Below, piece by piece: positions 10,333-20,753 of a stretch of DNA of 64,000 nucleotides. The translations under genes and the position numbers were made by a program. The notes beneath the pieces are model-generated. The model did no database searches and was not told the origin of the DNA. It saw nothing but the letters and a program-made list of their open reading frames with translations. Origin of the DNA: Escherichia phage vB_EcoM_ESCO10. The first letter of the stretch is position 1. Every line of letters begins with the position of its first letter. The stretch lies in sequence record OM386655.1, one strand, 5' to 3'.

Positions 10333-12058
10333 ATCTAATCAGAATAGTTTTCGTCGTAATAAACTGATTGAACAAATGGCTCCTCAGCGTCGTGCTGAGG
10401 CGCTAGCCCAAACTCAGAACGACGAATTAGGAAATATAACAGAAGCTTTATCAGAAACCCAGGCATCGTCTGAATTGCTCTCTGAAGTTGTTGAAACAAA
10501 GTCTAATCAGATTATTAGTTCTGTAGACCGAGTAGATAAAAGTGTCCAAGATGTTGTCGCTGGAACAGAATTAACAGCTGAAGCTATATCAGAACAGACC
10601 CAACAATCTAAAGCTCTTTCAGACGCATTAAACGAAAAGATTAATAAGCTTTCTAATATGTTGGAGGCTAAATTTTCTGGTATTTCTATACCACCAGAAG
10701 GGAGCTCGCTAAAGGTTATTGAGGACTCTATTCCAGAAGAACCTAAGGCTGAAACTCCTAAAGTCCCGGCAGTTATTGAAGATATTCTCCCGCCGGAAGA
10801 TAATAAACCTGATGCTGAATTTGTACCAGAGCCTCCTAAAAATTCGGATGAAGGTGAAGAAGGTGGTAAGAGTTCTCTTTCTGATAAAATTGAAGCCCTT
10901 ACAAAAATAACCGAAAAAGGATTTAAAGCTTCTGTAAGCGTAGCCGATAGAATTTCAGGTATGCTTTTTAAGTATACCATTACTGCTGCCGCTGAAGCAG
11001 CTAAACTGGCCGCTGGTCTGGTTCTTTTAATATTTGGTATAGATGCCATTAGAGTTTACTTCCAATATTTTATGAAGCAATTTGAAGCCGGTTGGAAAGA
11101 ATTTAACGAAAAGTTTAAAGAGTGGGGACCTGTACTTGAAGGATTAATGACTTGGGCCAAGAATGCTGAAGCCATGTTTAGTGAAGGAAATTGGCTAGGC
11201 CTAGCTGAAGCTATTATTCGTGGTATGGTTAATCTTACTAAAAATATGGCACAACTTTTAATGCTTGGTATTTCTAAGTTGATTTCATCTATTTTAAGTA
11301 AAATACCTGGTATGGGTGATTTAGCTGAAAATGTAGAGGCGTCCGCTTTAATGTCGTATCAACAAAATACAGGAGCCACTTTAGATGACGAAGACCAAAC
11401 TAAAGTAGCCAAGTACCATGATAGACGTTCAGCAGAGGCTTTAGAAACAGCCGAGAAAATGAATAAGAAGTATAAAGATAAACCTGAGCTTATAAACCAG
11501 GCAGAGAAATACGGTAATCTTACCAAAGAACAAGCTGACCAGTTACGTGCAGGTGGAATTGACACAAGCTTCCGCGACCTCCCTGAAGAAGAACGTTTGG
11601 ACTATTTCAAGAAACGTGATAAAGCCCAGGCTGATATTATTCGTTTAACCCAAACCGCTGATAATATAATGAAGCCTGATTCTAAAGATATCGAAAACGC
11701 TAAGGCATTTAAAGCGGATATCGAGAAACAATTAGCCGACCCTATTATGGCTAAAGGTGGAGCACCCAAAGACCTTAATATTCAGCAATTACTTGATAAG
11801 ATGGATAAATCTTTAGAGAAATTTAATGATGCTGAAAAGCCTAAACCAGCTTCTGTAGCTGAAGCCCCTGAAACAGCTCAAGCTAAAAAGGTTGACGAGC
11901 AAATGAGAGCAAAGGAAAATGCTAAATATAGTCAGCAAGCTCCAACTCAAATAAATCAGCAAACGAATATCAAGAAAACGAGTAAGACTAGTTATAATTT
12001 ACCACCACAGTCTTCTACTCCTGCCCCTGGTATGCGTCAAGCTACTAAAGTTAATTAG
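10322..12058 (+). CDS. 29: baseplate hub subunit / tail length determinator gp29
   Basis: 578 aa, low-complexity central region, synteny. Confidence 0.8.
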   Translation: MKNESNQNSFRRNKLIEQMAPQRRAEALAQTQNDELGNITEALSETQASSELLSEVVETKSNQIISSVDRVDKSVQDVVAGTELTAEAISEQTQQSKALSDALNEKINKLSNMLEAKFSGISIPPEGSSLKVIEDSIPEEPKAETPKVPAVIEDILPPEDNKPDAEFVPEPPKNSDEGEEGGKSSLSDKIEALTKITEKGFKASVSVADRISGMLFKYTITAAAEAAKLAAGLVLLIFGIDAIRVYFQYFMKQFEAGWKEFNEKFKEWGPVLEGLMTWAKNAEAMFSEGNWLGLAEAIIRGMVNLTKNMAQLLMLGISKLISSILSKIPGMGDLAENVEASALMSYQQNTGATLDDEDQTKVAKYHDRRSAEALETAEKMNKKYKDKPELINQAEKYGNLTKEQADQLRAGGIDTSFRDLPEEERLDYFKKRDKAQADIIRLTQTADNIMKPDSKDIENAKAFKADIEKQLADPIMAKGGAPKDLNIQQLLDKMDKSLEKFNDAEKPKPASVAEAPETAQAKKVDEQMRAKENAKYSQQAPTQINQQTNIKKTSKTSYNLPPQSSTPAPGMRQATKVN

Positions 12059-12066
12059 GATTGATA

Positions 12067-13155
12067 ATGAAAGTAAAAGAACTCGACTTTGATGTAGCCT
12101 CCTTATTTAAAGGAGGTTCAAAAACCTCCGCAGGTCAATCTAAAGCTAAACCGGCCCAAACTACGGTAACAGCCCAGTATCCAGCAGAGAGGGCTTCCGG
12201 TAATGATACTTCTACAGATATGGTACTAAACGATTTATATAAAAATGGTTTACTTTTTACAGCATATAATTTTAGCTCTCGTGTATCGCCCGATTTGCGT
12301 AATGACCGTTCGAGCCAAATGACTAAAAAGTTTTCAAAAGCCGCTAATAAACTTACCGGTAATACTGGTGGGTTCAGTGCAGTTAAAAACCTGTTTAGTA
12401 GCAACTCTAAAGGAGTAAAATTTGATAGCCAGGCTTTAGCCAACATTTTACTCCCACGTTCCAAGTCTGATGTTGATTCAGTCACCCATAAATTTAATGA
12501 TGTAGGCGAATCATTAATTACTAAAGGCGGTGGTACTGCTACAGGTATTTTGAGTAACGTTGCTAGTACTGCGGTATTTGGTGCATTGGAATCTGTAACT
12601 AATGGGGTAATGGCTGATTCAGGAGAACAGATATATACCACCGCTCGTAGTATGTACGCAGGACCTGATAACCGTACTAAAGTATTTACTTGGGAAATGA
12701 CCCCTAGAAATGCTCAGGACCTTATCCAGATTATCAAAATATACGAAATCTTTAATTATTATTCTTATGGCGAAACAGGCAACTCTGCCTTCGCGGGTGA
12801 ATTAAAAGAGAAGATTGACACATGGTACAGGTCTACATTTAAAAAAGAAGCTATTGATAACTTTGATGGTAAGCTATTAGGAGAAGGTATTACAAGTTTC
12901 CTTTCCAATGTTATTGTAGTAAGTAACCCGACCATTTGGTATATTCGAAACTTTGGCGATACAAGTTCATATGACGGGCGCGAAGATATTTTTGGACCGT
13001 GTCAAATCCAGAGTATACGATTTGACAAAACTCCTGATGGGCATTTTAATGGTTTGGCTATTGCTCCTAACTTACCATCTACATTTAGTTTAGAAGTTAC
13101 TTTCCGTGAAATCATTACTTTGAACCGTGGCTCACTTTATACGGAAGGATTCTAA
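12067..13155 (+). CDS. 48: baseplate tail tube cap gp48
   Basis: synteny, size; ATG 12067 (track TTG 12061). Confidence 0.8.
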   Translation: MKVKELDFDVASLFKGGSKTSAGQSKAKPAQTTVTAQYPAERASGNDTSTDMVLNDLYKNGLLFTAYNFSSRVSPDLRNDRSSQMTKKFSKAANKLTGNTGGFSAVKNLFSSNSKGVKFDSQALANILLPRSKSDVDSVTHKFNDVGESLITKGGGTATGILSNVASTAVFGALESVTNGVMADSGEQIYTTARSMYAGPDNRTKVFTWEMTPRNAQDLIQIIKIYEIFNYYSYGETGNSAFAGELKEKIDTWYRSTFKKEAIDNFDGKLLGEGITSFLSNVIVVSNPTIWYIRNFGDTSSYDGREDIFGPCQIQSIRFDKTPDGHFNGLAIAPNLPSTFSLEVTFREIITLNRGSLYTEGF

Positions 13156-14108
13156 TGTATACTTTACAAGAATTTCAGAATCAGGCAATTAATATTGACC
13201 TACAAAGGAATAACCTGTTTAGCGTAGTATTTGCTACAGTTCCTTCTTCTAAATCCCAAGCGCTCCTCGACCAGTTCGGTGGAGCTTTATTTAACAACAT
13301 CCCTTTAAATACAGATTTGCTGGGTATTACACAAGGAGAGTTGACTCAAGGTGTTACGACATTAGTGACAGCGGGCACTCAGAAGTTGATTCGTAAGTCA
13401 GGCATAAGTAAATATCTGATTGGTGCTATGTCATCCAGGGTTGTGCAGAGTTTACTAGGTGAGTTTGAAGTCGGGACTTATCTTATGGATTTTTTCAATA
13501 TGGCTTATCCCACTGCGGGACTTTTAGTCCATGCAGTTAAAATCCCGGATAACACGTTGAATTATGAAATGGACCTTAACCATAACTCTCCTAATATAAA
13601 AATCACTGGAAGAGAATATTCCCCATTAGTATTAAGCTTCCGTATGGATTCTGAAGCTGCTAACTACCGTGCTTTTAATGATTGGGTCAATAGTGTCCAA
13701 GACCCTATTACGCAGCTAAGAGCATTACCTGAAGATGTTGAAGCTGACATCCAAGTCAACCTTCATTCTCGTAACGGATTGCCACATACGGTAGTAATGC
13801 TTAACGGTTGCGTTCCCGTTAGTGTTTCATCACCGGAATTATCCTACGACGGTGATAACCAAATTGCTTCGTTTGATGTTACATTTGCTTATAGAAGTAT
13901 ACAGACAGGTGCAGTTGGTAAACAAGCTGCTTACGAATGGTTGGAAGATAAAGTCCTTAAAGGTGTAGCGGGTCTAAGTGAGAGTAACTCATTAAGTTCT
14001 TCTGTAGCTAAATTGAGTAGACTTTCAGGAGCAGCAAGTGGATTGACTGGATTGGTTAATACGTTTGGTGGACGTGCTATTAATAATGGAATATCAAGGT
14101 TGTTATAA
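13155..14108 (+). CDS. 54: baseplate tail tube initiator gp54
   Basis: synteny, size 317 aa; TAATG coupling. Confidence 0.8.
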   Translation: MYTLQEFQNQAINIDLQRNNLFSVVFATVPSSKSQALLDQFGGALFNNIPLNTDLLGITQGELTQGVTTLVTAGTQKLIRKSGISKYLIGAMSSRVVQSLLGEFEVGTYLMDFFNMAYPTAGLLVHAVKIPDNTLNYEMDLNHNSPNIKITGREYSPLVLSFRMDSEAANYRAFNDWVNSVQDPITQLRALPEDVEADIQVNLHSRNGLPHTVVMLNGCVPVSVSSPELSYDGDNQIASFDVTFAYRSIQTGAVGKQAAYEWLEDKVLKGVAGLSESNSLSSSVAKLSRLSGAASGLTGLVNTFGGRAINNGISRLL

Positions 14109-14110
14109 TA

Positions 14111-14136
14111 AAAAAGGAGAGCCTTGGCTCTCCTTT
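14111..14136. terminator. bidirectional intrinsic terminator after gene 54
   Basis: GGAGAGC-CTTG-GCTCTCC hairpin, A5 upstream, TTT downstream. Confidence 0.6.
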
Positions 14137-14141
14137 AGGGG

Positions 14142-14432
14142 TTACTTACGGAACGAGATAAAACCTGCTGCAGTCATTAAGGGTTGCTTTTTAACAAATA
14201 CAGTAACTGAAATAGGAGCTTCAGATTCAAGCTGACCTGTCACTACACCATTAAAGATGTTTTCGGTTTGCTCAGGTTGTGAAAAATTTTCAACCGGGCG
14301 TAAGTCGAACTGCTTGTCTTCACCGAAAACGCGACGTAATTCATTACCTACTGCACTGTCGAACTCTTCAGAAGCTGGGATAACGTTTTCAACTACCAGT
14401 TCTTGACCATTAAAACGGAATGTAGATTTCAT
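14142..14432 (-). CDS. hypothetical protein (96 aa)
   Basis: ORF track; GAGGAG SD; own early promoter. Confidence 0.5.
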   Translation of the reverse strand: MKSTFRFNGQELVVENVIPASEEFDSAVGNELRRVFGEDKQFDLRPVENFSQPEQTENIFNGVVTGQLESEAPISVTVFVKKQPLMTAAGFISFRK

Positions 14433-14460
14433 ATTGTTCTCCTCATGTTTGTGTAAGGTA

Positions 14461-14490
14461 ATAGTACCACATCCTTGTGGTGTTGTAAAC
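14461..14490 (-). promoter_or_regulatory. sigma70-like early promoter
   Basis: minus GTTTAC, 18 nt, TACTAT; overlaps stop of Alt-like gene. Confidence 0.45.
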
Positions 14491-16613
14491 TACATTTTGA
14501 ATTTAGTTGGTAAAGCGGAGATGTTCAAAGATGCTGCAAGGATTTCCATAGCTTCGTTGCTTTCAGAAATAGATTCACTAATCAAGAATTGGCTGAATCC
14601 ATCCATCAGGCGAACTTCGCCGGTTTCCATCAAATGGTCACCATCGTAAACAGATTCGCTGAGCTCTGAAGGAGGTGTTACGGTAGCTTCCATAAGGTAT
14701 TTGTGAGACACTCTATCATTCATGGCAAAAGCCGCTACTTTATCAACCTTCAACAATAATCCGCGCGGAAGGATAATTTCTGCTTCTTCGGCATATTCTG
14801 TAAGGTCGCCGGGAGCGATAACTTTAACTGCTTCAGCACCTCGAATAACCATACCAATTTCAGCAATTCTATCCGCAGGGCCTTCAGGTGCAATTGGATT
14901 ACCAAACTCGTCTTCTTCCCATTCTACCTCTTCGTCATCGACTTCACCCACATCAGATGAACTACCACTAGCCAATTTAAACAACTCATCAGCGGAGGAT
15001 AAAGAACCTTCACCACCAACAAAAACGGCTTGGTTGTCGAGGGCCATATAATTTTTACCGAATTCACCAAAGATGTTAGGCTTTAATGAGGCTGACACAA
15101 AGTTCTTAAAGTAAAATGTTTTGTTATCGATATTATGGCGCAGAATTTTGTATGGCAAATCCTGACCACGATACAAAATAGTACCCTTAGGAAGTTTAAT
15201 ACCCTTAGTAAATGCTGAGTCTAAATCCTTAATCAATTTAATAGCCGTTGTATTGTTTTCGGATTCAGGTTTACCTAAAAGGAATAAGTTCATAGGAGCA
15301 TATTCAGCTGCGCAATATTCAATAATAGCGTTGCTTTCGTCTTTGGTTAGGTCCTTAGGTTTAATGAGCTCACCTGAATAAGCATATGCATCACTAATAG
15401 AATCGTTAATTAGTTTATAAACGGCTTCCATAGCGAAAGCAATTCGAGAGGCCTTTTCTGAAGGGGAGCCTTTAAAACGAGCGCTCAAGTTATTAACAAT
15501 TTTCTTAATAATATCCAGACTATTGGTGGTATTGATTTGCGAAAGGCCGCTTAAAAGTCTATCGACTTCTGTATTAAAAAATGCCATATTTTTAGAGTAA
15601 ATTTCAAACCCTTGTTTATCTCTATTAGCATAATTTAGTTTAAATTTACTATCAGTCATTAAAGCGTGCGTGAGAGCAATGGTGTATCTAAAGTTGGCAA
15701 GGTCCTCGCTCTTAGATTTAAACTGAGAAGCCTGGCGCATTTTGGTAATAGCACCTTTTTTAAAGTTCTGGCTAATCTGTTCAATACCTTCATTCTCAGG
15801 GCCTTCGGCAGTGTGAACCGGTACAGAAGCTTCAAATTCGTTATATACCTGCAATTCTTTAGGGGACAAAGTTTCAGGCTCAGCAGTAGAATACTGTGCG
15901 GCTGCTGCCATACGACGGGAAATCTTAGTACGGGTAATGACAGCCTTATCAGTACGTTTCTCTTCAACCTTAGCGATACTTGCCGCCATAGCTTCGACCT
16001 TACTTACGGCTTGACCTGTTTTCTTAGAAACATAAACTTCACCAACTTTAGACTCGACCTTAGTATAAAGATCGGCATCAATTTCAGGCATACCTTTGAT
16101 ATCTTCGATATTAGAACCACGACGTACTAAAAGAACGTAGGTATGTTTTCCACTGAATTGGAACATATCATCAACAACTTTAAACTTACCACCAGTACGA
16201 GCCATTACTAAACGAGCCAATACACGTTGTACAGTAGGGCCCTTACCTTTCATTTTCTTAGTAGGGAAACGGAACAGAACTGCGTCCATTTTAAGTTTGT
16301 TTACTTGTTCATATACTGTATCGAAAATAGTATTCAATGCACCAAGTGGGTCAGAACCAAGTCCACCTTTGAGTTCAGCCGGGGCTCCTTTGCTTGACAA
16401 ACTCATTAGAATAACATGAACATATTTGTCACCCGGCTTAACCATTTTAACTGCGTCTCCTTGAGACGCATAAGATACCATACGAGCAACAAGGTTATCA
16501 TTACCTGGAGCTTGAATAGAGAAAATCTGTGGGATACCGGAACCTGGTTTAAGATTTGTTACTGGATAGTTTTTAGCGGAATCACTATCAAAAACTTCGT
16601 TTAAATTTTCCAT
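14490..16613 (-). CDS. Alt-like ADP-ribosyltransferase paralog (divergent copy)
   Basis: N-terminal third similar to the adjacent alt product; R (YRGQ), S-x-S (FVSASL), E-x-E (EEAEIILPRG) motifs; acidic insertion. Confidence 0.8.
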   Translation of the reverse strand: MENLNEVFDSDSAKNYPVTNLKPGSGIPQIFSIQAPGNDNLVARMVSYASQGDAVKMVKPGDKYVHVILMSLSSKGAPAELKGGLGSDPLGALNTIFDTVYEQVNKLKMDAVLFRFPTKKMKGKGPTVQRVLARLVMARTGGKFKVVDDMFQFSGKHTYVLLVRRGSNIEDIKGMPEIDADLYTKVESKVGEVYVSKKTGQAVSKVEAMAASIAKVEEKRTDKAVITRTKISRRMAAAAQYSTAEPETLSPKELQVYNEFEASVPVHTAEGPENEGIEQISQNFKKGAITKMRQASQFKSKSEDLANFRYTIALTHALMTDSKFKLNYANRDKQGFEIYSKNMAFFNTEVDRLLSGLSQINTTNSLDIIKKIVNNLSARFKGSPSEKASRIAFAMEAVYKLINDSISDAYAYSGELIKPKDLTKDESNAIIEYCAAEYAPMNLFLLGKPESENNTTAIKLIKDLDSAFTKGIKLPKGTILYRGQDLPYKILRHNIDNKTFYFKNFVSASLKPNIFGEFGKNYMALDNQAVFVGGEGSLSSADELFKLASGSSSDVGEVDDEEVEWEEDEFGNPIAPEGPADRIAEIGMVIRGAEAVKVIAPGDLTEYAEEAEIILPRGLLLKVDKVAAFAMNDRVSHKYLMEATVTPPSELSESVYDGDHLMETGEVRLMDGFSQFLISESISESNEAMEILAASLNISALPTKFKM

Positions 16614-16616
16614 TAT

Positions 16617-18701
16617 TTACCCTTGGATGAATTTTTCTGGGATGTCGTCAAAATCAATACATGAAGCCAAAAGAGGCAACACATCAAAACGTGTGGATTT
16701 TACAAATGAGTCAAAGGACACAGGACTTTCGGAAGTATCAAAATCATCTTGGTATACAGCCAATTCACCGGTTTCCATTAATACGTCACCATCATACACT
16801 ACAGATTCTTGAAGCTCATCTGTTGTCATAACTTCAGCTTGAATGAGCTTTGTATTACTAGATGTTGTCCCGTCATTATTAGAAGCATCAGTTATTTTAT
16901 TAACTTTGACCATCAATCCGCGCGGTAGAATAACTTCAGCTTCTGTTGCTATACCTAATTGGCCTGGATAAACAACATTAACTTTATGAGCACCGTCAAT
17001 AGCCCATCCTATTTGAACTTTAACGTATTCAGGATTTTCTCTATATGCTCTTATTTCGCTTGGGTTAATAGTTATTCCTTCTTCATTTTTATCAACTGTT
17101 AGTTCATTGCGAGCTTCTGGTTCTAAAAGACCCACGCCAGCGTGAGTAACACCAAAACGACCAAAAATAATAGGAGTCAGTGAAGTAGATACAAAATTTC
17201 TAAAATAGAACACTTTATTTTTAACTAGTGCTTCGTATATAGGAGCAGTCATACTTTGGGCACGATAAACTGTAATGCCTTCTGGTATACGGTCTCCATT
17301 TTCAAAAGCTGAATCCAGATTATTAACGGCAGATTCGATATCTTTTTCGCCCATAACCTCATAGTTCTGAGGATTATAACGTCCTAAAAGAAGGTTATTG
17401 ATATCACCATATCCGGAACCACAATATTCACGAATACCACGTTTTTGAGAAGGGGTATATTTATCTGCACTATGACCCAAAGTAATATCAACCATAATAC
17501 CGCCGCCCACACCAGCAAAACTATACACACGTTTTTTAATGAACTTGGTCTTGGCTGCTTTCCACTTGGACTCAGTCAATTCATTCCAGAGGTCATCAGG
17601 TTGCCCTTTACGGGTTTTGTTGTGCGTGGCCACCCACTCGCCTTTATATTCTTCGAAGACACTGTTAATAACCGAAGCATATTTTTCCAGAGCTTTAACA
17701 GATGTTAAAGGTTCATTTTTGATAGCCGTAAGGATTCTCTCTTTAATTTTCTCTTGGATTTCACCAATAGCATGAAGTGGGAACATTTTATATTCGTAAT
17801 GCAACTCTTCAGCAGTACCTTCAGCCACTATATTAACAACCTTATTTTTAGCCGCTGGAGAATTATTATTCGTAACCATTTCCTGCGCGTCAGGGATTAA
17901 TGGAGCTGTAGCCGGTTTATTAAAATCTGCTGAAGTAGCTTCATACTTCTTAAACAGTTCGCTTTCATTACGATAAGATTCTAACGATTGGCTTGCTGCA
18001 ATCGCTCGCCGCGAAATCTTAGTTTTGGTTATAACCATTTTATCAGTGCGACGTTCTTCAACTTTAGCAATACTGCCGGCAATAGCAGTTTCTTTAGTAA
18101 CCTGCACGCCTTCTTTTTTAGAAATATAAACTTCACCAACATCAGAATCTACCTTAGTATACAGTTCAGCATTAATTCCTGGCATACCTTTGATATCTTC
18201 GATATCAGCTTGTTTACGAACTACTAGGATATACGTGTGTTTACCTGTAAATTGGTACATGGCCGGAACTACTTTGAAGCGTCCGCCTGTTTTTTGAGTT
18301 ACTAAACGTTGGATAATTCTCTGGACAACAGGACCTTGACCTTTCATTTTCTTGGTAGGAAAACGGAACATAACAGCATCCATACGAAGCTTTTTAACTT
18401 GTTCGAATACTACGTCGAAAATGGTATTAATAGCATCAATAGGAGTAGGGCCTAAGCCGCCTTTAAGTTCAGCTGGTGAACCTTTAGCTGAAAGGCTCAT
18501 AAGGATGATGTGGGCGTATTTATCACCTAATTTAACCTGTTTAATAGCATCGCCTTCAGAGGCATAAGATACCATACGAGCAACCAATTGGGATTCGGCA
18601 TTACCGATCTTCCAAATCTGGGGCACTTTAAGTTTTGGGTTTAAGTTTACAGTAGGCAGGGTGCCTTCAGACTCAAACACTTCATTTAATTGTTCGGTCA
18701 T
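16617..18701 (-). CDS. alt: Alt ADP-ribosyltransferase (packaged, modifies host RNA polymerase in T4)
   Basis: close match to T4 Alt incl. C-terminus ...LPRGLMVKVNKITDASNNDGT...IQAEVMTT; R/STS/ExE motifs. Confidence 0.9.
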   Translation of the reverse strand: MTEQLNEVFESEGTLPTVNLNPKLKVPQIWKIGNAESQLVARMVSYASEGDAIKQVKLGDKYAHIILMSLSAKGSPAELKGGLGPTPIDAINTIFDVVFEQVKKLRMDAVMFRFPTKKMKGQGPVVQRIIQRLVTQKTGGRFKVVPAMYQFTGKHTYILVVRKQADIEDIKGMPGINAELYTKVDSDVGEVYISKKEGVQVTKETAIAGSIAKVEERRTDKMVITKTKISRRAIAASQSLESYRNESELFKKYEATSADFNKPATAPLIPDAQEMVTNNNSPAAKNKVVNIVAEGTAEELHYEYKMFPLHAIGEIQEKIKERILTAIKNEPLTSVKALEKYASVINSVFEEYKGEWVATHNKTRKGQPDDLWNELTESKWKAAKTKFIKKRVYSFAGVGGGIMVDITLGHSADKYTPSQKRGIREYCGSGYGDINNLLLGRYNPQNYEVMGEKDIESAVNNLDSAFENGDRIPEGITVYRAQSMTAPIYEALVKNKVFYFRNFVSTSLTPIIFGRFGVTHAGVGLLEPEARNELTVDKNEEGITINPSEIRAYRENPEYVKVQIGWAIDGAHKVNVVYPGQLGIATEAEVILPRGLMVKVNKITDASNNDGTTSSNTKLIQAEVMTTDELQESVVYDGDVLMETGELAVYQDDFDTSESPVSFDSFVKSTRFDVLPLLASCIDFDDIPEKFIQG

Positions 18702-18736
18702 AATAATTCCTCTTTAATAACCGTATTTATGCCATT

Positions 18737-18754
18737 AAAGGCCCGAAGGCCTTT
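18737..18754 (-). promoter_or_regulatory. stable hairpin upstream of alt (UUCG tetraloop on transcript)
   Basis: AAAGGCC-CGAA-GGCCTTT; no U-run so not called terminator. Confidence 0.35.
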
Positions 18755-18755
18755 A

Positions 18756-18938
18756 TTAAAGTACTAATAGCGTACGGTATACTTCAAACTTAGGGCCCTT
18801 TTCATACCGGTCAAAAGTATCTTTGAAATCAGCAAAAGTGATTTCATTATCAAATTCAAGGATAATTTGTGAACATGAAGTAGAAACATCTCCACCTTCT
18901 TTATATCCAATAACCACGGTTTCTAAATAAGCTTTCAT
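18756..18938 (-). CDS. hypothetical protein (60 aa)
   Basis: ORF track from internal ATG; overlaps ligase stop region. Confidence 0.35.
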   Translation of the reverse strand: MKAYLETVVIGYKEGGDVSTSCSQIILEFDNEITFADFKDTFDRYEKGPKFEVYRTLLVL

Positions 18939-18939
18939 A

Positions 18940-20463
18940 TTATAACCCTGTCTGAGACCAATCACCAAATACGTCTTCAAACGTATCAGCTTCTGTTTTA
19001 TCAAATCGCCAACCTTTAATAATTGGGAGGAAAATACCTACAGTATCAGTACGTCCTTTAGAATGAACCCAACCATTGCATTCACAATCAGCAATACGTC
19101 CAATCAACTTACCTTCACGTGCTTGTTTCATAAGAAGTTCACGGTCTAAATCAGGACGATCTTCCAATGGAATCGACACCTTTTTACCTGATTTATCTTT
19201 CTTATGGGTGGTATCTTTAAAGCCAGAACCGCAGTCACTTGTAATTCGACGACAACGTGATACTAACTCGACACCACCAAGTTTGTTAGGGTCTTTAGAG
19301 TGTTCATAATAACCTACTACTTCTAAAGCGATATCGATTACTTCTTTGAACTTGATAAGATTCTTAGAACGGCGGTTTTCCCAGTAGGAGTCCATGTTCT
19401 TAAGGATAATACCTTCCAGACCTTGGTCGACGTATTTTTTATAAACGACTTTAGCTTCAGCCAAATTGTTAACCCATTGGTTTTCAATAGCTTCAACACG
19501 TGTTGTACCATGCAATACGACATTATGAGCAACCATAAGTTCTAAGGCAGTAAAGCGTAAATCATACTTATCGCCTTTAATTTTACCTTCGGAATACACT
19601 ACATCTAACGGAACGTAATCCCACGCCTGTAATACCATGCCAGCAGCTTCAGTAGCAGAAATAGTTCCTTGAAGAGCTTTGTTAGCCAAGCCGTTTGATG
19701 TAGAACGATCGGCGACGGTTTGGAATTCCTTTGCCTTACTTAATTCAGGGACTTCTTCATCAAACATGCTAAACAGGTCATTGGATGTTTTGGGTTCAAC
19801 CTTAGGGGTATGGTAAACTAATTCACCGTCAATCATAACACCATTAGGATGACGTTTACGAGCTTCTTCAGTCATCACCATTAATTCGGCTGCCAAAAGA
19901 TTAAGTCCTTGGTATTCATTACCACCACGGGTAAGGAATGTAACACCCGAATCACGTACTTCAGCAAAGCAACGAGCCCCATCAGCTTTTAATTGAGCAA
20001 ATGCAGGCCATTTAATATTTTTCTTAATCAGAGCTTCATCATAAGAACTAGCCAACATCTGAGGTTGTTCAGGGATTAAACCTTTCCAAACCTTGTTGGC
20101 AATAGAAATAGATGCACCACATTCAAGGTCACGCATCATTACACGACGTAATACCTCAACATCTTGTCCTTTGGCATCGGCAATAATTTGGGCAAGTTCT
20201 TCAATGGCCGCATTACCTGTAATCTTACGGGTGGCTAATGTGAACTCAGCGAAATCAAGAAGGTCTTCAAGTGTAATCATACCAAAGGATTGAGACGTAA
20301 ATCCAGGTTCTGGCCACTTTTTAATACCGTAGTTTAATCGGCGCGTATAAGCCATACGATAAACACGTTTAAGAAGCTCGTTGTCCTTTTCACGAGCAAT
20401 AATAGCTTCTTTAGCTTTGGTAGAATCGATAGCAGCAATTTCGTTCAAGATATCTAAAATCAT
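18940..20463 (-). CDS. 30: ATP-dependent DNA ligase gp30
   Basis: strong match to T4 DNA ligase; start at MILDILNEIAA. Confidence 0.95.
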   Translation of the reverse strand: MILDILNEIAAIDSTKAKEAIIAREKDNELLKRVYRMAYTRRLNYGIKKWPEPGFTSQSFGMITLEDLLDFAEFTLATRKITGNAAIEELAQIIADAKGQDVEVLRRVMMRDLECGASISIANKVWKGLIPEQPQMLASSYDEALIKKNIKWPAFAQLKADGARCFAEVRDSGVTFLTRGGNEYQGLNLLAAELMVMTEEARKRHPNGVMIDGELVYHTPKVEPKTSNDLFSMFDEEVPELSKAKEFQTVADRSTSNGLANKALQGTISATEAAGMVLQAWDYVPLDVVYSEGKIKGDKYDLRFTALELMVAHNVVLHGTTRVEAIENQWVNNLAEAKVVYKKYVDQGLEGIILKNMDSYWENRRSKNLIKFKEVIDIALEVVGYYEHSKDPNKLGGVELVSRCRRITSDCGSGFKDTTHKKDKSGKKVSIPLEDRPDLDRELLMKQAREGKLIGRIADCECNGWVHSKGRTDTVGIFLPIIKGWRFDKTEADTFEDVFGDWSQTGL

Positions 20464-20473
20464 AATCACCTCA

Positions 20474-20752
20474 TTAGTCATGGATTCTATTATAAGCCAC
20501 ATCAGCCAAAAGCAAGTCTAATCTCTTATGATAAGAGAACACAAATCTCATTTGACCGTTGGATTTCATTTTAGACATAAAGTGGACATAGATAAATCCT
20601 TGCTCAACGCATTCACGCCAGACCGGATGGTCTTTAGCAGGGTTTACATCAAAAGAATAATCATGATTCACATGTCGAATAAACTGGTTTACATGACCGT
20701 AATCCATTGTAGTGGTAGGGCCACGGTCTGAAATTGTATGAACTACAAACAT
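20474..20752 (-). CDS. hypothetical protein (30.1-like)
   Basis: ORF track; internal ATG abutting upstream stop. Confidence 0.45.
   Translation of the reverse strand: MFVVHTISDRGPTTTMDYGHVNQFIRHVNHDYSFDVNPAKDHPVWRECVEQGFIYVHFMSKMKSNGQMRFVFSYHKRLDLLLADVAYNRIHD
20489..20516 (-). promoter_or_regulatory. MotA-dependent middle promoter for gene 30
   Basis: minus cTTGCTTtt, 15 nt, TATAAT ~25 nt upstream of ligase ATG. Confidence 0.4.
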
Positions 20753-20753
20753 A

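Noticed and set aside
10322-12058. Low-complexity Ala/Lys/Glu-rich stretch in gp29 as a repeat element
   Set aside because: Compositional bias typical of the tape-measure-like region, not a discrete DNA repeat.
15666-16130. 154-aa plus-strand ORF, and similar plus ORFs inside the alt genes
   Set aside because: Antisense to the Alt-like gene, no translation signals; shadow ORFs.
18721-18736. CATAAATA near-late-promoter upstream of alt
   Set aside because: First position deviates from the TATAAATA consensus; noted only as a possibility.
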